From the IMG/VR virus record IMGVR_UViG_3300031414_000012, positions 1 to 64,000 of that record: a DNA stretch of 64,000 bases. One strand, 5' to 3'. Position numbers and translations under genes: made by a program. The notes beneath the pieces are model-generated. The model was not told where the DNA came from. It was given only the letters and a program-made list of their open reading frames with translations, and did not search any database. This document shows positions 1-8,710 of the stretch, one piece after another. The stretch's first letter is position 1, and every line of letters begins with the position of its first letter. The stretch comes from a virus.

Positions 1-15
1 TGGACTTTTAAACAT
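1..15 (-). CDS. 5' end of a gene leaving the window (MFKSP...)
   Basis: ATG at 15 on the minus strand preceded by a GAGG RBS; divergent from the sheath gene; only 5 codons visible. Confidence 0.45.
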
Positions 16-225
16 GGACTAATACCTCGTGTAGATGATAAATACTGTGTTATTTTTTACTAATGACTATGATGTGGTAAATCGCCTGAACCATAACATT
101 TACACCTTACGGTGTCTCACTCCGGAGTGGTTGGCGGTTAGATGCACAAAGTTAGTAACAGTAGTAGTAGCTAAGTAATACACCGGTGTATTGATTTAGC
201 ATTATTCCTCCCAGGAGATTTATCG

Positions 226-2295
226 ATGTCTCAAATTCAGAATGCGATGCCGAACGCAGTGCTACTGGGTGTCGATGACCAGTCTAAAAGGACGGTCCCA
301 TACGAATCGAGCGTAGTGCCGATTCACCTGCCGCACGTATTCATTTACGCGGCTTGGGGTCCAACCGAACCTTTGCTGGCATTAGGCTCCACAGCGAACA
401 ACACGTATGGGCAGGCGACTTTCGAGCCGCGTAGCCAATACACCACTCACCAATGGCCTCTGATCGAACGTATGTTCGCTCGTAGTAACGCGATGGTTCT
501 TCAGCGTATCCAACCTGATGATGCACCAGAGCCGGCCACTATCGGACTGTACCTCGATGTGCTGCAAACTGATATTGCTCAGTATGAGCGTAACAGCGAT
601 GGCAGTTTCAAATTCGATTCGTCCGGTGCTAAAATTCCGACCGGTAGCACGACCCCAGGTGTCCGCATGCAGTGGAGCATCGGTCCAGTTGCTGACGGTA
701 AGCTGGGCAAAGCTAAGAAAGTTCCAGGTAAGCTGACTGCGAAAGATGGTGCAACATCTACCATCTATCCTATCCGCGAATTCCAGGCGAGCTTCTTTGG
801 TGCTGCCGGTAACAACCGTGGTCTGTCTCTGTGGGCACCGACTATGGAATCGGACAACCCAGTCAACTCTCGCGTTGTAGCGGATCAGATGGCGCAGCTT
901 TACCGCATGCGTTTTGTGACCCGTGATAACGATCGCAGCTCCGGCAAAACTGTTCGTACCCTCCAGGGTGCAGAGTATGTCGAGTTCAGCTTCCGCGATG
1001 ACGTTGTCGACAGCAAGACCGGCGTAGAGTACGGTTTCGATGTAACTGTCCTGGACAGCTACCGTAACCTGAATGCGCGCAATGGTCAGCCTAAGCGTTG
1101 GGGTCCTTTCAATGCGTCTTATGCCTACGAGCAGAACCTGGAAGACCTCCTGGAAATGCTGTACGCTGTAGAGCAACCTGTTAACGCAGAACTGCCTGCT
1201 GACGTTGATGCTTCTGCGCATCACCTGATCAACTTCGTAAGCGGTGTTCACTACACCGGCGTACCTTATTACGCAATCGAAGTGTTGGGTCCAAACGACG
1301 GCGCATCTGCTCTGTCTGAAAGTGCCACCTACTACGCTTCTGGCGGTGGTGATGGTACTATGTCAAAAGAAGCGTTCGACAAAGCAGTCGGCGATATCTG
1401 CGAAGATTACGCTGAAGGCAAGTGGGGTCTGGGCAACCGTCTGAAGTTCCCACAGAGCATGATCTACGATACCGGTTTCGATATCGATAACAAGTTCAAG
1501 CTCCTGAACGTTCTGTCTGCTCGTAAAGACATCGCGGTTGTCCTGTCTACTCAGGATATTGCGCTGGAGCAGAATGGCATTGCGCAGGAAAGCTCCATGG
1601 CTGTGTCCCTGCAAACCCAGGCGAGTCTGCACCCTGAATCTGAGTACTACGGTACCCCGGTAATGCGTGCCGTGATCGTTGGCCACTCTGGCTACCTGAT
1701 CAACTCCAAATACCGTAAACTGGTTCCACTGACTGTAGACCTGGCTGACAAGCTGGCTGCATACGCTGGTAACGGTCGTGGTATCCTGCTGCCAGGCGCT
1801 GCGCCTGATGTTAACCCGAACAACATCGTAACGCTGTTGAAAGATGTTAACTGCACCTTTAAGAACGTGTCTGTCCGCAACGCGGACTGGGTAAACGGTC
1901 TGGTGTGGGTTGAGTCTTACGATCAGGACGATGCCCTGTTCTACCCGGCCCTGCAAACTGCATACAACGACGATACGTCTATCCTGAATAGCGTACCGAC
2001 GATGATGATCTGCGGTGAGCTGGAGAAAGTTTGCGTACGCGTGTGGGCACGCCTCACTGGCCGTAGCGATCTGACCCCGGAGCAGTTTGCACAGCGTTCG
2101 GATGAGCTGATCCAAGAACTGACTGAGCGTCGGTTCGATAACCGCGTAATCATCGTTCCTGAGACGTACTACACGACTCTGGACGAAGCGCGTGGTTACA
2201 GCTGGTCCTGCCGTATCAAGCTGTATGGCAACAACATGAAGACTGTGGGTAGCTTCACCATCGAAGCCCACCGTCAAGAGGAGCTTAGCGAATAA
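226..2295 (+). CDS. Tail sheath protein (phiKZ gp29-like)
   Basis: 689 aa, AGGAG RBS, strong codon bias; HLPHVFIYAAWGP N-terminal motif, sheath-like C-terminus (RGYSWSCRIKLYGNNMKTV); directly upstream of tube gene. Confidence 0.9.
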   Translation: MSQIQNAMPNAVLLGVDDQSKRTVPYESSVVPIHLPHVFIYAAWGPTEPLLALGSTANNTYGQATFEPRSQYTTHQWPLIERMFARSNAMVLQRIQPDDAPEPATIGLYLDVLQTDIAQYERNSDGSFKFDSSGAKIPTGSTTPGVRMQWSIGPVADGKLGKAKKVPGKLTAKDGATSTIYPIREFQASFFGAAGNNRGLSLWAPTMESDNPVNSRVVADQMAQLYRMRFVTRDNDRSSGKTVRTLQGAEYVEFSFRDDVVDSKTGVEYGFDVTVLDSYRNLNARNGQPKRWGPFNASYAYEQNLEDLLEMLYAVEQPVNAELPADVDASAHHLINFVSGVHYTGVPYYAIEVLGPNDGASALSESATYYASGGGDGTMSKEAFDKAVGDICEDYAEGKWGLGNRLKFPQSMIYDTGFDIDNKFKLLNVLSARKDIAVVLSTQDIALEQNGIAQESSMAVSLQTQASLHPESEYYGTPVMRAVIVGHSGYLINSKYRKLVPLTVDLADKLAAYAGNGRGILLPGAAPDVNPNNIVTLLKDVNCTFKNVSVRNADWVNGLVWVESYDQDDALFYPALQTAYNDDTSILNSVPTMMICGELEKVCVRVWARLTGRSDLTPEQFAQRSDELIQELTERRFDNRVIIVPETYYTTLDEARGYSWSCRIKLYGNNMKTVGSFTIEAHRQEELSE

Positions 2296-3167
2296 TGGCT
2301 AGACACGCAGATACAATCATCGGCAAACATGCCTATGGTGAATATTCGCTCACTCCAATGGTAGACGTCGCTGAAGGTGGTCAAAATGGCCACATGAACG
2401 ACTTCCGCTTTTGGGTAAACAACAGCGCCTACGTCCACCGCAACGTCGTGGCGATTCTGGTGGAAGCTCCTCGTGGCTTCCGTGACCTGGAATCTCCTCA
2501 GTACTGGGTTGAAGCACTCAAAGCCATCATCGAGAAACACTCTCAGCGTATCGAGGGTCTGCGTTCTACGATCACGGTTGAGAACGTTGAAAACCCGGTC
2601 GGTGGTGACGGCAACATGCAGGAAGACCTGTCTAACGTTACTCGTGAACGTAGCCAGCCGGTCCACACCCTTATCGAGAAATACGGCATGCCGTTTAACA
2701 AATTCCTCGAAGGCTGGATCACCAACCTGTTGATGGACCCGATTACGAAAGTGGCTAACGTCATTACTCGTAACCAGTCCAACCGTCCTACAGACATGCT
2801 GCCAGACTACACGTCTGCAACTGTTCTGTACTTCGAGCCAGATCCGACGTTCACCACGATTCAGAAAGCATGGCTGTGCACCAACATGCGTCCGAAGACT
2901 GGTGGTCAGGTTGAGGGTGTTCGTGACCTTACTCAAGGTGGCGAGTCTCTGACCTACTCTGTAGAGTTCACCGCACTGACTCAGGTTGGCGTGGGCGTAA
3001 TGAACTTTGCACAGCGCGTGCTGGACAGCATGAACCTGACGGGCACTAACCCGAACCTGCGCGATGCATTTGTTACTGCTATCGATGCAGATGTTCTGGC
3101 TGCAACAGACGGCTATGTTGAACAGGTAAACGAAGCTTCTCGTAACTTCGTAGATCCTGCCAACTAA
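2295..3167 (+). CDS. Tail tube protein (phiKZ gp30-like)
   Basis: 290 aa, coupled to sheath by TAATG overlap; motifs ILVEAPRGF, LYFEPDPT, AWLCTNMRPK. Confidence 0.85.
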   Translation: MARHADTIIGKHAYGEYSLTPMVDVAEGGQNGHMNDFRFWVNNSAYVHRNVVAILVEAPRGFRDLESPQYWVEALKAIIEKHSQRIEGLRSTITVENVENPVGGDGNMQEDLSNVTRERSQPVHTLIEKYGMPFNKFLEGWITNLLMDPITKVANVITRNQSNRPTDMLPDYTSATVLYFEPDPTFTTIQKAWLCTNMRPKTGGQVEGVRDLTQGGESLTYSVEFTALTQVGVGVMNFAQRVLDSMNLTGTNPNLRDAFVTAIDADVLAATDGYVEQVNEASRNFVDPAN

Positions 3168-3170
3168 GGC

Positions 3171-3231
3171 AAAAAAATAAGCATAAGAGTCCTCCTACCC
3201 AAATGGGTAGGAGGCTCTGTTTATGCCGTTA
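3171..3231. terminator. Bidirectional terminator, exact 61-bp repeat copy 1
   Basis: CCTCCTACCC-AAAT-GGGTAGGAGG stem between convergent genes, flanked by GCATAA/TTATGC and an A7 tract; identical to 14310-14370. Confidence 0.9.
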
Positions 3232-3535
3232 ACCAGCTAATCTCGTCTTCACGCCAAAGAGTCTCTTTGCCGTCCTCTTCGGTTATAAAGAACTTCACGC
3301 CAACCGGCACCCACTGAACTTGCAGTCTCGGCGTACTAAACTCACGTAGGTTCGGGAATAACTTACGCGAAACTTCATCGACAGTCTCGCCAGACTCACC
3401 CAGGATGGCAAGTGCCAGTCGTGGACAAAACAGTGCCTCTTCGTTAGACTTCCCGGTAGCATAGGTGCTCCAGTTCTCCCCGTACCCGGAACCGGTTATC
3501 ACAGCCACTTCCCCATTGCGAATTAACTTTTCCAT
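3221..3535 (-). CDS. Conserved phage hypothetical protein
   Basis: 104 aa, GGAG RBS; VAVITGSGYGENWST resembles a widespread phage family with a G.G..WST motif. Confidence 0.75.
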   Translation of the reverse strand: MEKLIRNGEVAVITGSGYGENWSTYATGKSNEEALFCPRLALAILGESGETVDEVSRKLFPNLREFSTPRLQVQWVPVGVKFFITEEDGKETLWREDEISWLTA

Positions 3536-3544
3536 TTCAACTCC

Positions 3545-3799
3545 CTACTTGCGAGTTAAGCGAAGAGTGGTTACTGTGCCGGCCAGACAAATCTGGGTAA
3601 CAGAACCATCTTCAATTTCATGTTCGATTGTCAAAACGTCAGCCGGTTCTGCTTTATAGAACTCACTAACGTCATGGCCGCCCAGTTTACGAATCAGAGT
3701 AATCGCCCTGGCCTTATCAACCTGCGTGGTGTTAGTACCGTGCTTCAGGTGCATCAGCAAGCTAGTAGGGAGAGCAACTGCGAGTGTTTGTTCGAACAT
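3545..3799 (-). CDS. Hypothetical protein, paralog of 4480-4740
   Basis: 84 aa, tightly packed operon; similarity to 4480-4740 by eye. Confidence 0.7.
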   Translation of the reverse strand: MFEQTLAVALPTSLLMHLKHGTNTTQVDKARAITLIRKLGGHDVSEFYKAEPADVLTIEHEIEDGSVTQICLAGTVTTLRLTRK

Positions 3800-3801
3800 G
3801 A

Positions 3802-4437
3802 TTAGATAGCTTCCTTCAGAGTGACTATGTTTTGTTGGCCTGTAAGAACGATAACAACAGGGATGTCTAATATACGCTCAATTTTCAACGTGTATGCATC
3901 AGTTGGAATATCGAGTTTGTTATCGGTGATATCTGATAGCGTAGTGTATTTGCTAAGGTCAGCAACTTCGACTACGTGTTGTTGTTTACTGGTAATAACC
4001 ATACCAGTCTTGTGGTTGTTGATGATAATTCGAATCGCGGACATAGTAGAAATGCCATTATCTGCGCAGTGACGAATTATTGATTCATAGTGCTCAGGGT
4101 TAACCAGATGCATCTTACGAATCCAATCGATGTAGGTACGGTTAACATCGTCTTTACACTCGCGGCTATTGACGTGGCTATAAATCAGCTGCACCATCAA
4201 CTGTTTTACTTGTTCGTCACGCTCAGCTTTTTCAGGGTAGGCTTTTACGATGTCGTCGTACATGACTTTACTTGATGACAGCATTTGCTCGTCTAAAGAT
4301 TTATCTACTGATGACATAACGGTGCCCTCGTGCTTGTTAGTGGTTTCGGTTGTGTCTTTCTGGGTCCACCAATAGCAAACCCCGGCAACCGCTAATCCAA
4401 TGGCCATGCTGCCGAGTACGATAGTTTTAGTGTTCAT
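3802..4437 (-). CDS. Membrane-anchored hypothetical protein
   Basis: 211 aa, N-terminal hydrophobic helix (IVLGSMAIGLAVAGVCYWW), AAGGA RBS. Confidence 0.75.
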   Translation of the reverse strand: MNTKTIVLGSMAIGLAVAGVCYWWTQKDTTETTNKHEGTVMSSVDKSLDEQMLSSSKVMYDDIVKAYPEKAERDEQVKQLMVQLIYSHVNSRECKDDVNRTYIDWIRKMHLVNPEHYESIIRHCADNGISTMSAIRIIINNHKTGMVITSKQQHVVEVADLSKYTTLSDITDNKLDIPTDAYTLKIERILDIPVVIVLTGQQNIVTLKEAI

Positions 4438-4479
4438 TGGTGTTCCTTATAAAAGTAGGGTTGACCATCCGGTCAGGTA

Positions 4480-4740
4480 TTATGCTTCAACAACTGTTAA
4501 TACGATATCAGAACCAGAGAATGTCGCAGTAGTGACTTTATCACCATCTACTTCATACTCCATGTGGACGGTAGGTGAATTGTCTTGCGCTAAGAGATCG
4601 TTTACGTTTGTGCCTAACGACCAAATAAAGAGAGTGTTACGTAATTTGCTTTTGGAGATGATTGGGTTATTTGGCTGACGAAATTGTAGTTCTTTTACCA
4701 GACCAGTTAAGTTAGTTACTTTGATAGTGCGAGTTGTCAT
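4480..4740 (-). CDS. Hypothetical protein (start moved to MTTRTIKV)
   Basis: GGAG RBS before ATG at 4740; the longer ORF start runs through a terminator. Confidence 0.7.
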   Translation of the reverse strand: MTTRTIKVTNLTGLVKELQFRQPNNPIISKSKLRNTLFIWSLGTNVNDLLAQDNSPTVHMEYEVDGDKVTTATFSGSDIVLTVVEA

Positions 4741-4755
4741 TGTTGTTCTCCATTG

Positions 4756-4788
4756 GGCATAAAAAAGAAAGAGGGACCGAAGTCCCCC
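4756..4788 (-). terminator. Intrinsic terminator with UUCG loop
   Basis: GGGAC-TTCG-GTCCC followed by T-rich tract and TTTTATGCC on the minus strand. Confidence 0.75.
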
Positions 4789-4793
4789 ATTGA

Positions 4794-5429
4794 TTAAAAC
4801 TCGTTTGCTGCACGTTCGATGGCTTCTGGTGACATGTAGTTGGTACACATGTCAGCCAGCGACCGATGTAGCTCAGCCGCTAGGTCCTCACGCTGTGTCT
4901 CATCACGCACGCCTTCGATCATGCGCTCTACACGTTTGACGATAACGCCCGCAGCGGTTTCGACATCGTCTTGACCGAGTGCCGTATTGATAGCACGATA
5001 GTCATCCATAACCTCAGCGCTGTCCGTGTAACCGGTGAACTGATTGCCGTAGTAGGTAGCAGCTCCACCCACCTCACTGCCTCCCCAGCAACGCTCCTCC
5101 ATCGCCTCGTATACTACCGAGTCTGGACTTGCTTCAACGATCTTGGCAATATCAATAACGCTAAGATTGTCACTGACCCCACCTTCGGCCAGCAGTCCCG
5201 CCCCATTAGAAATGGATACGTCTGTGCCATTGCTAACTACAGTCACCCATGGACGACCTTCCAGGATTTCCGCCACACGTTCGAAGTCTGGGAGCGATTG
5301 TTCATCCAGACTCAGTATGGTACGATCCTCAAGCAGACTCACCTCTAAGTCCCCGATTAATTCCGCCACTTCTGACGAGACACCGTTGACCGCAACGTGG
5401 CCCATAACGTCGTATAAATCGTTACTCAT
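4794..5429 (-). CDS. Acidic hypothetical protein (start moved to MSNDLYD)
   Basis: AGGGG RBS before ATG at 5429; removes overlap with the upstream ORF; D/E-rich. Confidence 0.7.
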   Translation of the reverse strand: MSNDLYDVMGHVAVNGVSSEVAELIGDLEVSLLEDRTILSLDEQSLPDFERVAEILEGRPWVTVVSNGTDVSISNGAGLLAEGGVSDNLSVIDIAKIVEASPDSVVYEAMEERCWGGSEVGGAATYYGNQFTGYTDSAEVMDDYRAINTALGQDDVETAAGVIVKRVERMIEGVRDETQREDLAAELHRSLADMCTNYMSPEAIERAANEF

Positions 5430-5439
5430 TTGGTTCCCC

Positions 5440-5883
5440 TTAACCTTTAAAATCACGGAGCCACTGATAGAGAGTGCTGGCAGGCAAGTTACGAATCTCG
5501 TCTGGCGACAGCTTCTCTTCAACTGTTCTCTCGGCCACATAGAACAGCATCTGATGCAGTGTGCCATATTCACATGACACACGCCCAATTACTTTATTGA
5601 GGTCTGGTACTAACTGGTCGTTGTTATTGAACCAGTAGACGACACCCAACAATACATTTTCTTGATCCTCTTTATCCAGATATTTAAAACGACGATATCC
5701 ACGTCCCCAATGGCAATCGCTCATGTTGTCAATATAGCGATGACGAGCCGGAAGGTGACGCGCGTTTGCAGTGATCGTACCCAGTTCGCTTTCTGTCAGT
5801 TTACCAGGCAGGTTAAGATAATACGCTGCCACTGCGATCAGTGCGAACAGAATGATAGAGATAATCCAGATGTTGTCAAACAT
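5440..5883 (-). CDS. Membrane-anchored hypothetical protein
   Basis: 147 aa, N-terminal TM helix (IWIISIILFALIAVAAYYL). Confidence 0.75.
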   Translation of the reverse strand: MFDNIWIISIILFALIAVAAYYLNLPGKLTESELGTITANARHLPARHRYIDNMSDCHWGRGYRRFKYLDKEDQENVLLGVVYWFNNNDQLVPDLNKVIGRVSCEYGTLHQMLFYVAERTVEEKLSPDEIRNLPASTLYQWLRDFKG

Positions 5884-5913
5884 GAAGGTATTCCTTATAA
5901 AAGTGAGTGTGTG

Positions 5914-6516
5914 TTACAGTACGAGTAACTTGTTGTAGTCAAAGTTAGGATAGTGTGCTTCGGTTAACTTCAGGTTTTCCCCTAGCGGTTGCTTGAGGTA
6001 CTTCAACCATGCTATTAACTCCAGCTCGTCACTGCTTTCGCCATCCGGGAAAGGGATTGGTGTAACGCGACGACTTGCGATATCGTTTAATACCTCGGCT
6101 TCGTCACGCTCGCGACATTTCGGACACGGTATGAACCCAGTGCCATCGAATGCGGTCGGTTGGTGGTCATGAATGTCCAGCATAGTGCGACCGTGAAACC
6201 ACTGGATGCAGCATTCCGGATAACCATAGAGGACGCCGTTATTCAGCGTGGGTATGTCTGCCATATCGTAAATATCGACAGTGTGTTCTCGATCGCGTAA
6301 TCGCATCTTGTTGCAGAACATGGTAATCTCAGCCTTGACTAAGAAACCAGGGTCTGTAGTTAAGATCATATCGATCACGCTACCAGAATAACCTTGCTCC
6401 AGAACATCCATTAGTATTCTGAGCTTAGTGTAAGGAACTTTACGCAGCTCCTGGTCGTCGATATTAATGGGTGCTAAGTTCTCCATCAGATCGTACGAGC
6501 CAATAGTTAAATACAT
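5914..6516 (-). CDS. Cys-rich putative metal-binding hypothetical protein
   Basis: 200 aa; GYPECCIQWF and GFIPCPKC motifs; AAGGAG RBS. Confidence 0.75.
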   Translation of the reverse strand: MYLTIGSYDLMENLAPINIDDQELRKVPYTKLRILMDVLEQGYSGSVIDMILTTDPGFLVKAEITMFCNKMRLRDREHTVDIYDMADIPTLNNGVLYGYPECCIQWFHGRTMLDIHDHQPTAFDGTGFIPCPKCRERDEAEVLNDIASRRVTPIPFPDGESSDELELIAWLKYLKQPLGENLKLTEAHYPNFDYNKLLVL

Positions 6517-6525
6517 GGTTGCTCC

Positions 6526-6723
6526 TTAATCCAGTAATTGATTTTTGACGTAGTGACCAACACCAAACACAACCGCGCTCACTGCAAGACCGGAGAAGAA
6601 ACAAGTCTTGTCTACGTCACCGCGAGAGTCAGCAACGGCGCGCATGGTGATACCACCTGCCGTCAGTGCGGCGGTGTTGATGGCAGACTCGACCAGGAAA
6701 TCCATAAGTGCATTGCTTTTCAT
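6526..6723 (-). CDS. Small hydrophobic hairpin protein
   Basis: 65 aa, two Ala/Gly-rich hydrophobic segments, AAGGA RBS. Confidence 0.7.
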   Translation of the reverse strand: MKSNALMDFLVESAINTAALTAGGITMRAVADSRGDVDKTCFFSGLAVSAVVFGVGHYVKNQLLD

Positions 6724-6733
6724 GATGTGTTCC

Positions 6734-6922
6734 TTATTTAAGTAAACTTAGTATGCCAGCTACAAATACCGACATTCCAGCGGCGGCACCAACCGCCATT
6801 GCGTCCGCAGCGTCCTGTGTAACGTCAGGATCATTCTGCGCACCTTCGCGAATCAGAAACCCAGTTACAGCGCCAGCAGCAAGGCCAATGCCTATCGCGT
6901 GGTCCTTTAAGAACTCTCCCAT
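6734..6922 (-). CDS. Small hydrophobic hairpin protein, first gene after early promoter
   Basis: MGEFLKD start with GAGGA RBS; two Gly-zipper-like segments around an acidic loop. Confidence 0.7.
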   Translation of the reverse strand: MGEFLKDHAIGIGLAAGAVTGFLIREGAQNDPDVTQDAADAMAVGAAAGMSVFVAGILSLLK

Positions 6923-6943
6923 AATGGAATCCTCTCTGTAATT

Positions 6944-6983
6944 ATTCACCGGAGTATTATATATCTGAAATTTCGCTGAAACG
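6944..6983 (-). promoter_or_regulatory. Early (virion RNAP) promoter, TATATTAC-like
   Basis: Minus strand CGTTTCAGCGAAATTTCAGATATATAATAC; near copy at 15106-15145; resembles the phiKZ early consensus TATATTAC. Confidence 0.7.
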
Positions 6984-7043
6984 TCGCAGATCTTATGTTG
7001 CAGTATCTATAAACTCCCTGCCATTAAATAGGAAGGGTCTCGT

Positions 7044-7853
7044 ATGAGTATGTACAAAAAAGGCTCCACCGATACGGTACTGGATGCCATCAATACAGAA
7101 AACGCCATTACCGTTAACCCACTTTCACTTAAGAATGTGGGGTTCGGTATTCCTATGGCGGTTAGTACACCGGGTGCCACTCAAAACGCCCGTGTGCGCA
7201 TATATGGACTTATGCGACAGGGGTATCAGGGGACAGTCGATATTGAGTACCGGCGCTTAGCGTTAGAGTCACTCTTTGAAAACCAAACTCTTCTGGTTCA
7301 AGCCAGCGGCGCTAAATCGCTGAATGACTTGTTACCCGCAATCAATGCCACGTACGCAACTAACTTTGAAAAAGGTGATGTTGTCAACGTTGACGTGTCC
7401 TCGTTGGGTGATGACTACATTGTCACCCTCCAAACGGCCGCTAGTTGTTTAATGTGGTCAGGGTCTGTGGATATCCGTGTTGTAAAGGCACGTCCGTCTT
7501 TAGGATCATTAATACTCAAGCAACAGATGGCGATTGTCACCGAACCCTTCCCGGTCTCAGGTGCTAAACGTCTGGAGTATGTTGGTTGGGGCTACAACTT
7601 TGCTGAAGCAGCGACAGAGCTGTTGAAGTATAATGGTAAAAGCGCCGATGCCTCATTGGCCAGTGTAATAAATGGCGTTGTCGACTTGGGTGTTGTTTAC
7701 AAGTCCGCCGGTTCTGTGCAAGTGGGGGAAATTAACCTTACTGGTGCAACCTGCGCTATTGTTACCGCAGATGGTTTTACTACCCTGGAAATCAGAAACA
7801 TCCAGAGTAGTGAATGGACTGGTACACTGATCATTCCTTGGGTAGTGGAGTAG
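7044..7853 (+). CDS. Virion structural protein, paralog array member 1
   Basis: 269 aa; shared motifs Y-x-R-L-x-L, LLPAINATY, CLMWSG, YVGWGYNF, GTLIIPW. Confidence 0.75.
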   Translation: MSMYKKGSTDTVLDAINTENAITVNPLSLKNVGFGIPMAVSTPGATQNARVRIYGLMRQGYQGTVDIEYRRLALESLFENQTLLVQASGAKSLNDLLPAINATYATNFEKGDVVNVDVSSLGDDYIVTLQTAASCLMWSGSVDIRVVKARPSLGSLILKQQMAIVTEPFPVSGAKRLEYVGWGYNFAEAATELLKYNGKSADASLASVINGVVDLGVVYKSAGSVQVGEINLTGATCAIVTADGFTTLEIRNIQSSEWTGTLIIPWVVE

Positions 7854-7856
7854 CCT

Positions 7857-8699
7857 ATGTTTCTATTTCCAAACGGACGACAGTATATCATCAACTACCT
7901 TAACAAAACGAATAAGATCAGCATTGCTCCGGAAGAGTATATCTGGCTCGGACCTCGTGTGTTAACGGATGAAGAGTTGGTGTCATATCCAACGTGTGAT
8001 ACCGCCGTCCAGATTAAGTCAACCGCCGACGCTAAAACGTACGGCAACCTCGAACTCTACTACAACCGCTACGATATTTCTAAAGTCCTGGGCGTGGGTA
8101 CGGAGAACGATATCGAATTGCCTATATCACCAATTACGGTTAGTACCAACCATGAGTGTTTAGGTAGTCTTTATCAATTTTTCGGCATTGAGCTAACTAA
8201 GGATGAAGTTAAACTCGAGGCCGTTAACTGGGATAACCGCACCGCACGATTTGAGGTTCTTTCGAACTCTCTTCTTTGGTTCGGTGTTCTCACGGTACGC
8301 ATTCGCCCTGGCGATAGCATCCTGTCTGACCTCGTGGATAACAACAAAACGTCAGCGATGTACGCGTACCCTAATTTCAACACCAATAACGGACAAGGTC
8401 CGATCTACGCCTATGGTGTTAACTTCACTGAGGCAATGCGGCCTTACGCCGGCAAGGGTTTAAATATTAAACCTGCTGACTTAATGAGTATCCTGGCTGC
8501 AACAGGTGATCCATGGACATTGTTCCGTTCCCCGAGCAACTGGAATCTGTTCGAGTCGGAAGTGATATACAACGGACCTAATAGTGCAGACTATCCGACC
8601 GATCCGTTCTATGAGAATGTGTGTGTCGTTAAGTTGGCGCTGTATTGTACCAACCTTGCTGGAAATCTCTACATCCAGTATAACTCAACAAGCCTGTAA
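7857..8699 (+). CDS. Virion structural protein, paralog array member 2
   Basis: 280 aa; YYNRYD, SLLWFG, YAYGVNFT, GNLYIQYN. Confidence 0.8.
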   Translation: MFLFPNGRQYIINYLNKTNKISIAPEEYIWLGPRVLTDEELVSYPTCDTAVQIKSTADAKTYGNLELYYNRYDISKVLGVGTENDIELPISPITVSTNHECLGSLYQFFGIELTKDEVKLEAVNWDNRTARFEVLSNSLLWFGVLTVRIRPGDSILSDLVDNNKTSAMYAYPNFNTNNGQGPIYAYGVNFTEAMRPYAGKGLNIKPADLMSILAATGDPWTLFRSPSNWNLFESEVIYNGPNSADYPTDPFYENVCVVKLALYCTNLAGNLYIQYNSTSL

Positions 8700-8710
8700 G
8701 GATTTGACAA

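Noticed and set aside
382-2936. Long antisense ORFs over the sheath and tube genes (289, 304, 220 aa) and similar shadows elsewhere
   Set aside because: Mirror frames of codon-biased genes; no RBS or protein-like motifs
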